A stretch of 64,000 bases of DNA from Alphaproteobacteria bacterium. Lineage in GTDB: Bacteria; Pseudomonadota; Alphaproteobacteria; SP197. Below the pieces are notes generated by a model that was not told the DNA's origin, did not search any database, and saw nothing but the letters and a program-made list of their open reading frames with translations. The position numbers and the translations under genes were made by a program. The stretch lies in NCBI GenBank assembly GCA_964291415.2, contig OZ219920.1:1504001-1568000 (forward strand), written 5' to 3'. The first letter of the stretch is position 1. Each line of letters begins with the position of its first letter. Of this stretch, positions 34,275-43,578 are shown piece after piece.

Positions 34275-35456
34275 GTGCCGGTTCGTCTCGTTCGAATGCT
34301 GAACATCGAGGGTATTCCCCATGCCTTCGAGCTGGCCCTGATACTGGGCCTCATGATCCTGGCCCTGGCCATACCGGTCACCGTCTTTCCGCTGCGGGCA
34401 TTCGAACTGCTGGGCGACACGCAGCAGGTGAGTGTGCTCTTCACGGCCGTCGGAATCATGGGCCTGGGAGGGGCGCTCGCGCTTCCCTACATGCTGGCAC
34501 GCATGGGGCGTCACCGTCTGATGATGCTCGGTTTCACCAGCGTGCTGGTCTCCGCCCTCCTCTTCCCGATGGACAGCGGCCTCGCCTTCTTTCTCGCCGT
34601 CGTTCTCTACACCTGGGGGTTCTTTGCCGTCGACATCATCATCAACATGGTCACCATCGAAAGGGTGGGACGGCGGAGTTTCGCGCGCTTCGAGGCGGTG
34701 CGCATGGCTGTGCTGGGTCTCGCCTTCGCCCTGGGACCGTGGGCCGGTGTCCAGCTTTCATCGCGCGTCGGACTGTGGGCCCCCTTCGCGGCGATGGCGC
34801 TGCTGGCGCTCTCGACGGGTGCCTGGATCCTGTGGCGGCGCTACGTGACACCGTCAACGAGAACGGTCCGTGGCCATTCGAATCCGCTGCGCTTCATTCC
34901 CCGTTTCGCCAGACAGCCCCGCCTGCGCCTCGCCTATGTGCTGGCCCTGGCGCGTTCGGCCTGGTGGTCCGTGTTCTTCATCTACACCCCGATCTACTGC
35001 GTCAACAACGGCTTTACCGCTTCCGACGCCGGCCTCGTCGTTTCTGTCGGCAGCCTCTTTGTCATGCTGGCCCCGTTGTGGGGGCGTCTGGGCGCTTCGC
35101 TTGGCATGCGCCGGCATCTCATCGTCGGCTATCTCGCCACCGCCGTCGTGTCCGTGGCAGCAACGCTGCTCGCCGTCCTGCCCGATGTCGTCATCGGCCT
35201 GATCCTGGGGGCGTGCCTGTGCGCCTCATGGATCGATGCGGTTGGCAATGCGCCGTTCGTGCGCGCGGTCCACCCGCACGAGCGGGCGGAAATGATGTCC
35301 CTCTACACGACCTACAGGGAGTTCGGGCGTATCGTTCCCCAGAGCGTCTTCGCCGTCGTGCTGCTCGTCCTTCCGCTGTCGACGGTCTTTGCCTGGGTCG
35401 GTCTCGGCATGGCGGCGGGAGCCTGGTACGCCCGCTACATCCCGAAACGGTACTGA
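34275..35456 (+). CDS. MFS transporter
   Basis: About 12 hydrophobic segments; ARMGR loop; start uncertain. Confidence 0.8.
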   Translation: MPVRLVRMLNIEGIPHAFELALILGLMILALAIPVTVFPLRAFELLGDTQQVSVLFTAVGIMGLGGALALPYMLARMGRHRLMMLGFTSVLVSALLFPMDSGLAFFLAVVLYTWGFFAVDIIINMVTIERVGRRSFARFEAVRMAVLGLAFALGPWAGVQLSSRVGLWAPFAAMALLALSTGAWILWRRYVTPSTRTVRGHSNPLRFIPRFARQPRLRLAYVLALARSAWWSVFFIYTPIYCVNNGFTASDAGLVVSVGSLFVMLAPLWGRLGASLGMRRHLIVGYLATAVVSVAATLLAVLPDVVIGLILGACLCASWIDAVGNAPFVRAVHPHERAEMMSLYTTYREFGRIVPQSVFAVVLLVLPLSTVFAWVGLGMAAGAWYARYIPKRY

Positions 35457-35462
35457 GGGACC

Positions 35463-36197
35463 TCAGGCGGCATAGTCCGGTTCCCCGGCATCAAGCACAT
35501 CGCGCATGGCACGGAAGAACCGGTCGGAACGCGGTCGTTCACGGGCGTCGCGGCCAATCGCCGCGGCAACGGAGCGAGGGATTTCCTCGAGCGCATGCCC
35601 GTCGCCTGTAGCCAGGATCTGGTACATGCATGCACGCTCAAGCTGGTAGAGATCGACGTAGGCCTGACCCACCGTCCTTCCCGCCACCATGGCGCCATGG
35701 TTGCGCATCATGAGAACACGCTTGCCATCCATGGCGTCGGCCATGCGCCGCCCCTCGTCCTCGTCGACGAGAAGTCCGTCGTAGCTGTCGTAGTAGGCGA
35801 CATCATCGCAGAACTGCGCGGCCTGCTGCGACGACGAGGTGTCGAGACGCACACCCTTGCGCATGGAAAGGGCCGTGATGTAGGGCGCATGGACATGCAT
35901 CAGGCATCGCGCGTCCGGTATCGCCTGGTGCACCGGCATGTGAATGATGAATCCGGCAACGGTCGGGACCGGACCGCCCTCGTTGACGGGCTCGCCATCC
36001 TCGTCGACGGCTGCAAGGTTGCTGGCGTTCACCATGCTCCAGTGGGTATAGCCTGGCGTGATGATCATCACGCCGGGTTCATCGGGAGACATGACCGACA
36101 GGTGGTTCCATGCCCCCTCGTTGAGGCCATCACGCACCGCAAGACGGTGCGCGGCCGCGAGATCGCACCGCACTTCCCGCTCTGCCGCATTCCTCAT
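35463..36197 (-). CDS. Class II aldolase/adducin family protein
   Basis: NHLS, IH..VH, HVH, MRNHG zinc-binding pattern. Confidence 0.88.
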   Translation of the reverse strand: MRNAAEREVRCDLAAAHRLAVRDGLNEGAWNHLSVMSPDEPGVMIITPGYTHWSMVNASNLAAVDEDGEPVNEGGPVPTVAGFIIHMPVHQAIPDARCLMHVHAPYITALSMRKGVRLDTSSSQQAAQFCDDVAYYDSYDGLLVDEDEGRRMADAMDGKRVLMMRNHGAMVAGRTVGQAYVDLYQLERACMYQILATGDGHALEEIPRSVAAAIGRDARERPRSDRFFRAMRDVLDAGEPDYAA

Positions 36198-36272
36198 CGC
36201 CCATCCTCGCGATTGCCCGCTCCGTCAATGTCCCCCGGCGCCCGGTGGCCGTCAACCGGCATAGCGGCGGCC

Positions 36273-38132
36273 TCAGTTCCAAAGACCGTAGTAGAAGGGG
36301 AGTACGACGGAGGCGGTCGCCCATACGAAGAAAACCATGGGCAGACCGGCACGCACGAAGTCCATGAACCGGTAACCGGCAGGCCCCATCACCAGGAGAT
36401 TGGTCGGAAAGCCCATGGGCGTGGCGAACGCGCAGTTGGCAGCGAAGACGACAGCGACGGCAAAGGGCTCGACGGGAGCGCCGACATCCGCTGCCAGAGA
36501 CACGGCGATCGGTGTGAAGAGGACGGCAACCGCCTTGGCACCCACCAGGTTGGAGAGTACCGCAACGAGCAGGAAGAAGGCGGAGAGGACGACCGGTGTC
36601 GGCGCATCAACGAGAAGACTGGCAAGCAGGCCGGAGAGAATCTCGGCGCCGCCGGTTTCCTGCAGCGCCTTGCCCAGGGCCAGGGCAGCGGCGATCATGA
36701 GCACCAGGTCGGCCCCGATGGAACGCCCCGCCTGACGCAGGGTCATCACGCCGATGGCCAGCATGGCGACGGCCCCTGCAAGGGCGCTGATGACGATCGG
36801 CACGATATCGAGCGCCGCCACGCCGATCACGACGGAAAAGATGATGAGCGCCCGCCACGCCTCGGGCGCCGACGGAATGTCGCTCACCGACCACTCGATC
36901 GGCAGGATACCCGGACGTCCCCTCAAGCCTGCCTTGGCCTCTGCGGTCCCCTGGATCAGCAGCACGTCCCCTGCGGAAAGCGGCAGATCGGTAATCGGCC
37001 GCCGTATACGGGCGGTCCGGCGCTGAACGCCAACCACGACGCAGTTGTAGCGATAGCGGAATCCGATCTGTTCCAGCGTGCGGCCGATGAGTTCCGAACC
37101 CGGCGTGATCATGATCTCGCTCAACATCTGGCGGCCGCGCAGCCAGGGAGGCCTGCCGTGGGTTTCATCCTCGCGCGGGATCCAGGCATCACCCAGCGAA
37201 GGGTGCAGGAGATCCATCTGGCCGCGAACCGTCTCGGTGAGCGAGGCCCGTGTCGCACTGACGATAAGGATATCGCCGTGGCGCAACGCCGCGTCGTCCT
37301 CGAAGGGCGGCAGCATACTGGTCTCTGCGCGGCGGATGGCATGGACGGTCACCTCGCCAAGGTCGGGGAAGAAGCCACCCCTCGGCTTGAGGCCGTGGAG
37401 CGGACGGTCCTTCACGACGTCAATCTGGGCAAGGAACTGACGGTCTGACGCCAGGGAGGACTCACCGGTAGTGTCGTGTCCGGGGAGCAGGCGCCTTACC
37501 ACAACAAGGGCGAAGACAAGCCCCGGAATGGCAATCGCGAGCCCGGGCAGCGTGAAGTCGAAGAATCCAAAACCCTGCGTTCCGAGGTCCTGCAGCATGC
37601 CGTCGACCAGGAGGTTGGTGCTGGAGCCGACCAGTGTCGTCATGCCGCCCAGGATGGCGGCATAGCTCAGGATCATCAGGACTCGGCTCGGAGGCGAACC
37701 GGCACGGCTGGCGAAGGCCTGCAGGATGGGAATGAAGATCACGACGACGGGCGTGTTGTTGAGGACGCCGCTGATCAACAGGACGGTCGCGAGAGAAAAG
37801 ACCAGAGCCACGTTGGGACGCCCGCCTGCGGCGCCCAGCAGCACCCTGGCGAGGCGGTCGAGCGCACCGGTCTGGGCCAGGCCCTGGCCGATGACGATGA
37901 GGCCGATCAGAGCGAGCAGGGCCGGACTCGCGAACCCGGCCAGCAGAACGTCGGGACTCAGCCTGTTGCGTCCATCCGCTCCGGATTCAGGGAACACCTG
38001 GAACGCCAGCATCAACAGGCACAGGATGGTGAGCGAGGCCAGTTCCATCGAGGCCCGTGGCGCTGCATAGAGCACCAGCGCCAGAACAATGGACGCAAAG
38101 GCGATGGTTGCGCCGGGATCTACCGGCATCAC
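36273..38132 (-). CDS. SLC13/DASS family permease with TrkA-C domains
   Basis: NNTPVV, GGMTTLVGSSTNLL, two RCK-C regions, TPMGFPTNLL. Confidence 0.9.
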   Translation of the reverse strand: MMPVDPGATIAFASIVLALVLYAAPRASMELASLTILCLLMLAFQVFPESGADGRNRLSPDVLLAGFASPALLALIGLIVIGQGLAQTGALDRLARVLLGAAGGRPNVALVFSLATVLLISGVLNNTPVVVIFIPILQAFASRAGSPPSRVLMILSYAAILGGMTTLVGSSTNLLVDGMLQDLGTQGFGFFDFTLPGLAIAIPGLVFALVVVRRLLPGHDTTGESSLASDRQFLAQIDVVKDRPLHGLKPRGGFFPDLGEVTVHAIRRAETSMLPPFEDDAALRHGDILIVSATRASLTETVRGQMDLLHPSLGDAWIPREDETHGRPPWLRGRQMLSEIMITPGSELIGRTLEQIGFRYRYNCVVVGVQRRTARIRRPITDLPLSAGDVLLIQGTAEAKAGLRGRPGILPIEWSVSDIPSAPEAWRALIIFSVVIGVAALDIVPIVISALAGAVAMLAIGVMTLRQAGRSIGADLVLMIAAALALGKALQETGGAEILSGLLASLLVDAPTPVVLSAFFLLVAVLSNLVGAKAVAVLFTPIAVSLAADVGAPVEPFAVAVVFAANCAFATPMGFPTNLLVMGPAGYRFMDFVRAGLPMVFFVWATASVVLPFYYGLWN

Positions 38133-38417
38133 GACACGCGCTGTGGCCGGCCCGGATCCGTCATCCCGGCCCTACCCCATGGCACCACCGGGAACCGGCG
38201 CGATGACAACGCTGCTGTGTCCCGTGCGGCGGGCATGGCCGCTCTCCGATCCTCACGCCGGACCAATTTCACCCGTCGCCCGCATGGCGTCAACATCGCC
38301 AGGGTGACGATGACGGACCGAAGAATGTCGGCTAGACTTCATGCTGTGCGGTTGGTCCTCCCCGGGGATTTCCCCCGGCCTTCTGTCGTGCCAGGGCCAC
38401 CCGGGACCAGGGAGATT

Positions 38418-38699
38418 GTGTTGTCCGAGGTGCGATTCATCACGACAAGTCTCTTTGTCATCATCACCGTGGTGCTGGCAATTCTCTATTCGTCCCTATC
38501 CATCGGCGGTCTCTGGGCCATGATCGATGCCAACAGTCTCGTTGGATTGCAGGCACTGATCGAAAAGGACGTCGACCCCGACCTGTGGCTCGAAGTCGGC
38601 CTGCCCGTTCTGGGATGTCCCTTGTGGATCATCACGGCCGTCATCAGCGCATTGCTCTTGCTGGTGCGCCGGCGCCGCAGGTCACGTTACCTGACGTAA
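38418..38699 (+). CDS. Small hypothetical membrane protein
   Basis: GGAG RBS then GTG; TM helices, SLVGLQALIEK..DP.LW, basic tail; 3' end of ORF 37476-38699. Confidence 0.6.
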   Translation: MLSEVRFITTSLFVIITVVLAILYSSLSIGGLWAMIDANSLVGLQALIEKDVDPDLWLEVGLPVLGCPLWIITAVISALLLLVRRRRRSRYLT

Positions 38700-38801
38700 T
38701 CCCAGGTGCGGGACCACTGATGACATCGGTACCTCACTACGGGCGTCTCTGAGGCAGAGGTTGATCTGCACGCACTCGATCCAGTTCGCGCCAGGCTGTA
38801 T

Positions 38802-38925
38802 TTGATTGACCAGTCAGATAGTTTGGGCGATCCTCAATGGGTCTGCAATCAGGTGACCCGGACTCTCATGATACCCTGAGCCACCGGTCTCCGGGCCAAT
38901 GGCAATCTGGAGGACCATATCCATC
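38802..38925 (+). promoter_or_regulatory. Duplicated promoter/operator/structured leader, copy A (upstream of amine oxidase)
   Basis: 95/124 ungapped identity to reverse complement of 47538-47661; TTGATTGACCAGTCAGA box; TTGACC-17-GATCCT; CTCCGG/CTGGAG anti-SD stem. Confidence 0.85.
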
Positions 38926-40263
38926 ATGATTCCTGCGCAATCATTCTCTCGCCGGTCGTTTCTGGCTGGCCTCGGGGCGACGGTGGCGTTGCCTTCAAGC
39001 GCCCTTGGCGCTTCCGGCAACCCGGATGTCGTGGTGGTGGGAGCCGGAGCGGCCGGCCTTGCCGCGGCTCGAACCCTGCTGGATGAGGGTTTGTCCGTCC
39101 TCGTCCTCGAGGCTGCGGGACGAACGGGCGGACGGGCATGGACGGAAAGCGACACCTTCGGCGTCCCCTTCGATCACGGGTGTTCCTGGGTCATGGGTCC
39201 GGCGGATCTTCCCTATATCGCCATGGCGCGCGAGTGGGGGTTCACGCTGCACAACCACAACAGCGCCGGAGAATCGATCTTCGTCGGCGATCGCAAGGCG
39301 ACCGGCACGGAAAGGGGCGAGTACGACCGCGCCTGGGACGCCATCAACAGCGCTCTCAACAAGGCGGGGCGCGACGGCCTCGATGTCGCCGCGTCGACGG
39401 TTGTTCCGTCCGACATGCCGTTTTCCGGCGTGTCCCAGACGTGGATGGGAGCCATGGACTTCGCCGTCGACTTCGACGAGCTGTCGACCCTGGACAACTG
39501 GATGTACGGCGATGTCGGCGCCTACTACATGATCCGTGAAGGGTTCGGCACGCTTGTCGCCCGCGATGGTTCCGGTCTTCCCGTCGTGCTGGAAACCCCG
39601 GTCACCGCCATCGACTGGAGTGGCGATGGCGTGGCGGTGGAGACGCCTTCCGGCACCGTGCGGGCGCGGGCCTGCATCGTCACCGTATCCACAGGCGTGC
39701 TGGGCTCCGGAGACATCTCCTTTGCCCCCGCCCTTCCGTTGTGGAAGCAGGAAGCCATCGACCGATTACCAATGGGACTCCTGATGAAGATCGCCCTCAA
39801 GTTCGACGGTGAGCGGTTCGGTCTCGGCGACAACAACTGGCTGACCTATCACGTGGAAAACCTGCTGCCGGCACGCGCATGCTATTTCCTCACCTTCCCC
39901 TTCAGTTTCGATCTCATGATCGGCTTCACGGGAGGGCGTTTCGGCCGCGAACTGGCGGCAGCGGGGTCCGATGCCGCGATCGATTTTGCCCTGAGCGAGC
40001 TTGCCGCAATCTTCGGCAGCGACGTGCACAAGCACTTCGTGAAGGGGCTGGCGACTGACTGGGACAGCAATCCCTGGACGCGCGGCGCCTATGCCGCGGC
40101 CCTCCCCGGCCACCATGGCGCCCGAGCCGAACTCGCCCGGCCGGTCGCCGACAGGATCTACTTTGCCGGCGAGGCTACGGCCGCGCCGTGGTATCAGCTC
40201 GCCGGCGGCGCCTGGCTCAACGGCCGATTCGTCGCCCGGGAGGTTGCCGCCGTTCTGTCATAG
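38926..40263 (+). CDS. Tat-exported flavin monoamine oxidase family protein
   Basis: SRRSFL twin-arginine signal, VVGAGAAG, GGRA, W...PW.RGAY, FAGEA. Confidence 0.88.
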   Translation: MIPAQSFSRRSFLAGLGATVALPSSALGASGNPDVVVVGAGAAGLAAARTLLDEGLSVLVLEAAGRTGGRAWTESDTFGVPFDHGCSWVMGPADLPYIAMAREWGFTLHNHNSAGESIFVGDRKATGTERGEYDRAWDAINSALNKAGRDGLDVAASTVVPSDMPFSGVSQTWMGAMDFAVDFDELSTLDNWMYGDVGAYYMIREGFGTLVARDGSGLPVVLETPVTAIDWSGDGVAVETPSGTVRARACIVTVSTGVLGSGDISFAPALPLWKQEAIDRLPMGLLMKIALKFDGERFGLGDNNWLTYHVENLLPARACYFLTFPFSFDLMIGFTGGRFGRELAAAGSDAAIDFALSELAAIFGSDVHKHFVKGLATDWDSNPWTRGAYAAALPGHHGARAELARPVADRIYFAGEATAAPWYQLAGGAWLNGRFVAREVAAVLS

Positions 40264-40399
40264 AGACTCCGCCGCATTTGGTGAGACAGCTTGCTCAAGC
40301 CACGCTGTGCTCCACCGTCCGGCGGCCGCCCTGCGGAAAACTGCCGCGCCGCCAATGTCGACACCGATATCGGGGAAGGCGCCGCTTGACGCCACGAGT

Positions 40400-40656
40400 C
40401 CATTTCAGCGGATCTCCAGCCGTGATTGATGTCGGCGGGGCACGTGAAGGAGCCGACCCCGGCATCCGTGATGCCAACGCGACACAGGGATGCGGTCAGC
40501 CTCTCGTCGGTGGCGATCCGAAGGAATCCCGTGTCTGGCTGGTCGCCGAGCACGCGCCGCTTTGCCTGCTGTCCAGCAAGGCGGGATTTGTTGGCGCGCC
40601 GGTGGCGGCGGCCAGGTGACATGTGTCAGCGTGCCCCGATCCAGCAGGATCGTCAC
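40400..40656 (-). pseudogene. Possible degenerate VapC/PIN toxin remnant
   Basis: VTILLD.. in one frame, then ..H..A...L...GFLRIATD.R in another; resembles the ILVD..GFLRIAT.P pattern of PIN toxins; heavily decayed. Confidence 0.3.
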
Positions 40657-40916
40657 GTGGCAAAGCTCGAGGTGCTTGTGACCCCGCACCACAATTCGGA
40701 CAGGCAACCCCTGGACGGGTTCACGAGCCTCGTTCCGTGTGCGTGCGTGCATGATCGGTATCCCGGCGGACGTCAATCATTCAGGCCAGTCTCGATTCGC
40801 CGAAGTTGCCGCTGGATGCAGGACCGGACAGAACCGCATGGTGGTGAACGCAAGCGCCGGGGCAAGGGACGTCCACCGGCAGTTGGTACCCGGAAGAGAG
40901 GTGAGCGGGGCAAGAC

Positions 40917-41813
40917 GTGAACGCAACGATCGCATCTCATGATCGTCCGCAGTTGGGAATCGCCCTGATCGTGCTGGCGGTCGGCATCTGGGCGCTGCAC
41001 GACGCGGCCAGCAAGTGGTATGCCGCGACCTACCCTGTCTTCGTCATCCTCTTCTGGCGCAGCCTGTTCGGAATGGCGCCGGTCTTTCTGTTGGCGAGCC
41101 GTCAGGGTGGTTTGCAACGCATGTCCCTGCGGCTTCACATTCTCAGCATGTTGCGCGGTGCGGTCGGATTCTGCGCCTTTGCGAGCTTCGTCTTCGCGCT
41201 GCCGCTGATGCCCCTGGCTGACGCCGTGGCCGTCGGCATGGCGGCACCCATCTTCATCACTGCGGCCTCGGCCTGGATCCTGAAGGAACCGGTCGGTCCG
41301 CATCGCTGGGGCGCAGTGCTGCTGGGATTCGCGGCCGTGCTGTTCGTCGTCCGGCCGGGCGGGCAGATTCCATGGGAAGGTGCGGTGCTGCTGCTTGGCT
41401 CGAACATCATGTTCACCACCGGCATGATGATGACACGGGTGCTGGGTCGCGTGGTCACCACAGCCTCACTTTCGATCTACACCGCGCTGGCTTTCACCGT
41501 CTTCAGCACGATCGCGGTCGCGTTCGTCTGGGTGACACCGGCGTGGGACGACGCTGTCGTCCTGGCAAGCGTCGGCCTCATGGCTGGACTCGCCCAGTAC
41601 GCCATGACGGCGGCCTTCCGCATTGCGCCACCCTCCGTGCTCGCGCCGTTCGAATACACCGGGCTCGTCTGGGGCGTGGTGCTGGGATTCCTGATCTGGG
41701 GCGAGTGGCCAAGCCGGGAAGTGATGATCGGCGCGAGTGTCATCATTGCGGCTGGTCTCTACATCATCCACCGAGAACGCATTGCCGCGCGAAGGAGACG
41801 CAACCACGCGTGA
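40917..41813 (+). CDS. DMT/EamA family transporter
   Basis: Ten TM pattern, PLADA.A...API, LKEPVG..RW, LAPFEY. Confidence 0.9.
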   Translation: MNATIASHDRPQLGIALIVLAVGIWALHDAASKWYAATYPVFVILFWRSLFGMAPVFLLASRQGGLQRMSLRLHILSMLRGAVGFCAFASFVFALPLMPLADAVAVGMAAPIFITAASAWILKEPVGPHRWGAVLLGFAAVLFVVRPGGQIPWEGAVLLLGSNIMFTTGMMMTRVLGRVVTTASLSIYTALAFTVFSTIAVAFVWVTPAWDDAVVLASVGLMAGLAQYAMTAAFRIAPPSVLAPFEYTGLVWGVVLGFLIWGEWPSREVMIGASVIIAAGLYIIHRERIAARRRRNHA

Positions 41814-42126
41814 TCGAGCATTCGTTGAGGCGCCTGGAATGTGTTTCAGGAAGGCGACGACAGGTCATCAGGATAAACGGTGAATTCGGCTGCGATGCCG
41901 TCCTGAAGCGCTTCAGGATTCCAGCCTTTCGTCGCCAAGGTCATCGACCGGTTCGATGTCGGCCGCACGGCCTTCGCCCGGCGTGGTCCGGCTGTGACGC
42001 ATCAGGGAGCACGCCGAAGGCCATGGTCCGTGGCAAAGCTCATGGGGACACTTGGCACCCTTGCCGGCACAGACCCACTGTTGATGGGCGAGAACGCTGT
42101 GGCACCACCGGAGCGAAGCTCGACCC

Positions 42127-42337
42127 ATGAAACAGGCCGCCGTCCGCCTGCCAGAGACGACCTGCAACCGCCTGCAGGTGAACAGGATGCACCGCGACGT
42201 TCTACACTCGCGAAGCGATCGAGCGGCACCTCGAGGACCTGTGTATCGCCGAGCAGGCAGCGATTGAACATCGCAAAGCCGGCGAGCGCACCCTCTCGCT
42301 CGACGAGCTGGACCGCTACCTTGGCCTGGAGAGTTGA
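42127..42337 (+). pseudogene. RelB-like (RHH) antitoxin, frameshifted
   Basis: MKQAAVRLPE..NRL in one frame; TG.TATFYTREAIERHLEDL.IAE...TLSLDELDRYLGLES* in another; shift near 42178-42182. Confidence 0.75.
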
Positions 42338-42596
42338 AATCACCGAAAGCGCGGCCAGACAGATCAGGAAGCCGGGACTGACCGGCACGTTTCGAATCCG
42401 AGACTACCTGCGCGACCGGATTGCCCTGCTCCAGGATCCACGTCAGATCGGAAGGCCGTTGCGAAACTCCGGGTTCGGTGCCTTCTGGCGCTACCGTGTC
42501 GGAGACTGCCGCATCCTCTGCGATCTGCGTGACGACGAGCTGCTGGCGCTCGTGATCAAGGCCGGTCATCGCCGTTCGGTCTATCGGGGACCCTGA
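42321..42596 (+). CDS. RelE/ParE family toxin (possibly degenerate)
   Basis: TTG start overlapping antitoxin end; AWRVEITESA.RQ.RK, DPRQIGRPL, WRYRVGD.RI, GHRRSVY. Confidence 0.8.
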   Translation: MAWRVEITESAARQIRKPGLTGTFRIRDYLRDRIALLQDPRQIGRPLRNSGFGAFWRYRVGDCRILCDLRDDELLALVIKAGHRRSVYRGP

Positions 42597-42819
42597 TCGG
42601 TGGTCCTGCCGGACGACGAGGAAGGCGATACCCCTGCATCTTGTCCACGCATCCACACCTGGAGCATCCGAGACTGTCGCGCGGAATTCAGACGGACGGC
42701 GGCCCAGCCGGCCGGGACATGGACATCGCGGCCAGCAAGTTCAAACTCCCCCGCTTCGACGCAGTCGAGCAACGTCCTGTTGACCAACGCTGCCCGCAGG
42801 CGGTTTCCGCCACCTTCTG

Positions 42820-43578
42820 TCAGTTGGCTCGCCCGTCGGCGTGTTCGAGATCGGCCAGTTGCCGGTCGATGACGTCGAGCATGTGCTGACGGTCCATGAC
42901 ACCGTAGTGGCCCGGGCAGACGCGCTTGACCGGGAGTTCGCGCATGCGCTTCAGGCTGGCGCAGTAGGCAGCCGGTTCGGGGGGCGGCCAGGCGGGCCCG
43001 TGATCGCCGTCGTAGAGCATGTCACTGGTGAAGAGCGTGCCGCTTGCCTCGTCCCAGATCGCAAGACCACCTGGCGAACGCCCCGGCACATGCAGGACAT
43101 CGAGCACGCGGTCGCCCAGATCGAACCGCGATCCATCCTCGACAAGGCGCGTCGGCTCGGCCGGTGTCATGGTGTAACCGCCCACGTCGTAGTGTTCGTG
43201 CGGAAGCGCCCACAGCGTCGTCCGGTTGAGATAGGTTCCCGCACCCACGCTTTCCCGGGTGGGTGCGCGCAGTTCCGGCGCGTCCAGGGGATGACAGGCC
43301 CGGTCGGAGAAACTCGCCCAGCCGCCGGCATGGTCGTAATAGCAGTTGAGGGCAACGGCGGTGACGGGCTTGCCGGCCACGGCCTCGACGAGAGGAGCAG
43401 GCGGCACGATGCCGGTGCCCGTATCGACTGCAAGATCCCGGTCCTGGCCGCGGACAAGCCAGATGTCGCCAACGGCATAGGAATCGATGTGGTCCTCCCG
43501 GAAGCGGATGATGCCGTCATCGAGAGCCTCGATGGCAAACCAGACTTCGGCGATCGGCAGGGTGTCGTCAGCTTCCAT
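42820..43578 (-). CDS. MBL-fold hydrolase with atypical metal site
   Basis: VDTG, NCYYDH (for HxHxDH), PGRSPG (for PGHSPG), LFTSD, PGH. Confidence 0.82.
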   Translation of the reverse strand: MEADDTLPIAEVWFAIEALDDGIIRFREDHIDSYAVGDIWLVRGQDRDLAVDTGTGIVPPAPLVEAVAGKPVTAVALNCYYDHAGGWASFSDRACHPLDAPELRAPTRESVGAGTYLNRTTLWALPHEHYDVGGYTMTPAEPTRLVEDGSRFDLGDRVLDVLHVPGRSPGGLAIWDEASGTLFTSDMLYDGDHGPAWPPPEPAAYCASLKRMRELPVKRVCPGHYGVMDRQHMLDVIDRQLADLEHADGRAN

